Shown here piece by piece: positions 63,549 to 64,000 of a DNA stretch of 64,000 nucleotides. The DNA is from Paraspadella gotoi. Taxonomy: Eukaryota; Animalia; Chaetognatha. The position numbers were made by a program, and so were the translations under genes. The first letter of the stretch is position 1. The number at the start of each line of letters is the position of its first letter. The notes beneath the pieces were generated by a model. The model was not told the origin of the DNA, searched no databases, and saw only the letters and a program-made list of their open reading frames with translations. The stretch covers positions 9,355,074-9,419,073 of the forward strand of contig CM119268.1 of the NCBI GenBank assembly GCA_051294375.1, read 5' to 3'.

Positions 63549-63868
63549 TTAGTCGGATCTGCTTCTCAGCAGATCCCGACTCAATAATTCACTTTGTCGG
63601 TCCGCCCCCTCAATCTTGTCGGGCATTCACTTATATCATGTCAGAACATCGAATTATGATAAATTATACATCGTGAATTTTCTTTTGTTTCGTTTTTTTT
63701 TTCAATTAGTAGAAGAAGTTTGAATTTGTTTACAACAACGATTTTATTGGTACATAGGGACGTACAGGTTTCGGCTTTAAATTACAAGCCTTCTTCAGCG
63801 CCATAGAATAAATAAAGATAAATTATACAAAAAAAACGATGTCCGTCCGTCTTTCCGTCCGTCTGTCT
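63549..63868 (+). mobile_element. Second, partial copy of the HINE-like element, split by a 146-bp insertion
   Basis: 63551-63670 aligns to 40594-40716. Homology resumes at 63817 with an A-run and a GTCC microsatellite. Confidence 0.78.
63671..63816 (-). mobile_element. 146-bp retroposed insert with a minimal type I hammerhead-like motif
   Basis: 13-bp TSD GATAAATTATACA at 63658-63670 and 63817-63829. Minus strand reads CTGAAGA-A-GGCTT(loop)AAGCC-GAAA-C-CTGTAC-GTC, followed by AATAAA and an A-rich tail. Confidence 0.72.
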
Positions 63869-64000
63869 ATTTTTTTTACTTGCATCATTCTATCATGTTG
63901 TTCTTCCCCACCAACAAAGTGAGCATCTGCTCTGCAAACGCGACATCTCCCGAGAGAAAAACGAAAGAGGAAACCTCCTCTTCCCCGCCTTCTCTTCCCC

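Overview
Gene-dense animal (metazoan) nuclear DNA, with GC-rich exons, mostly 55-130 nt AT-rich introns and a few longer introns filled with transposons. From about 1.4 to 60.1 kb there are 22 consecutive protein-coding genes, all on the + strand: NAT10 (partial), MTERF3, KIF28-like kinesin, PHB2, HINT3, MRPL48, MRPS9, POLG, galectin, beta-sarcoglycan, MRPS16, BRE1, SMIM13, ELP6, FBXO42, PSMD4, GINS4, CFAP43, DNAJC9, C16orf87-like, TMEM165 and OXR1/NCOA7. Most spacers are 17-450 bp, and several have an unpaired poly-T/AG acceptor just before the ATG. This is what a very long polycistronic operon resolved by spliced-leader trans-splicing would look like (inference). The only minus-strand gene is a small RhoGAP nested in a PSMD4 intron. 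Other points of interest: a SMIM13-ELP6 junction of 17 nt with no AG, a SAP-like motif inserted in the POLG spacer, a complete TRIM whose LTRs carry a tRNA-type Pol III B-box, a triple-nested transposon stack, hammerhead-like retroposed inserts and several GC-AG introns. Gene names come from recognised protein motifs, not database searches. CDS coordinates are gene spans that include introns. The organism cannot be identified from this window.
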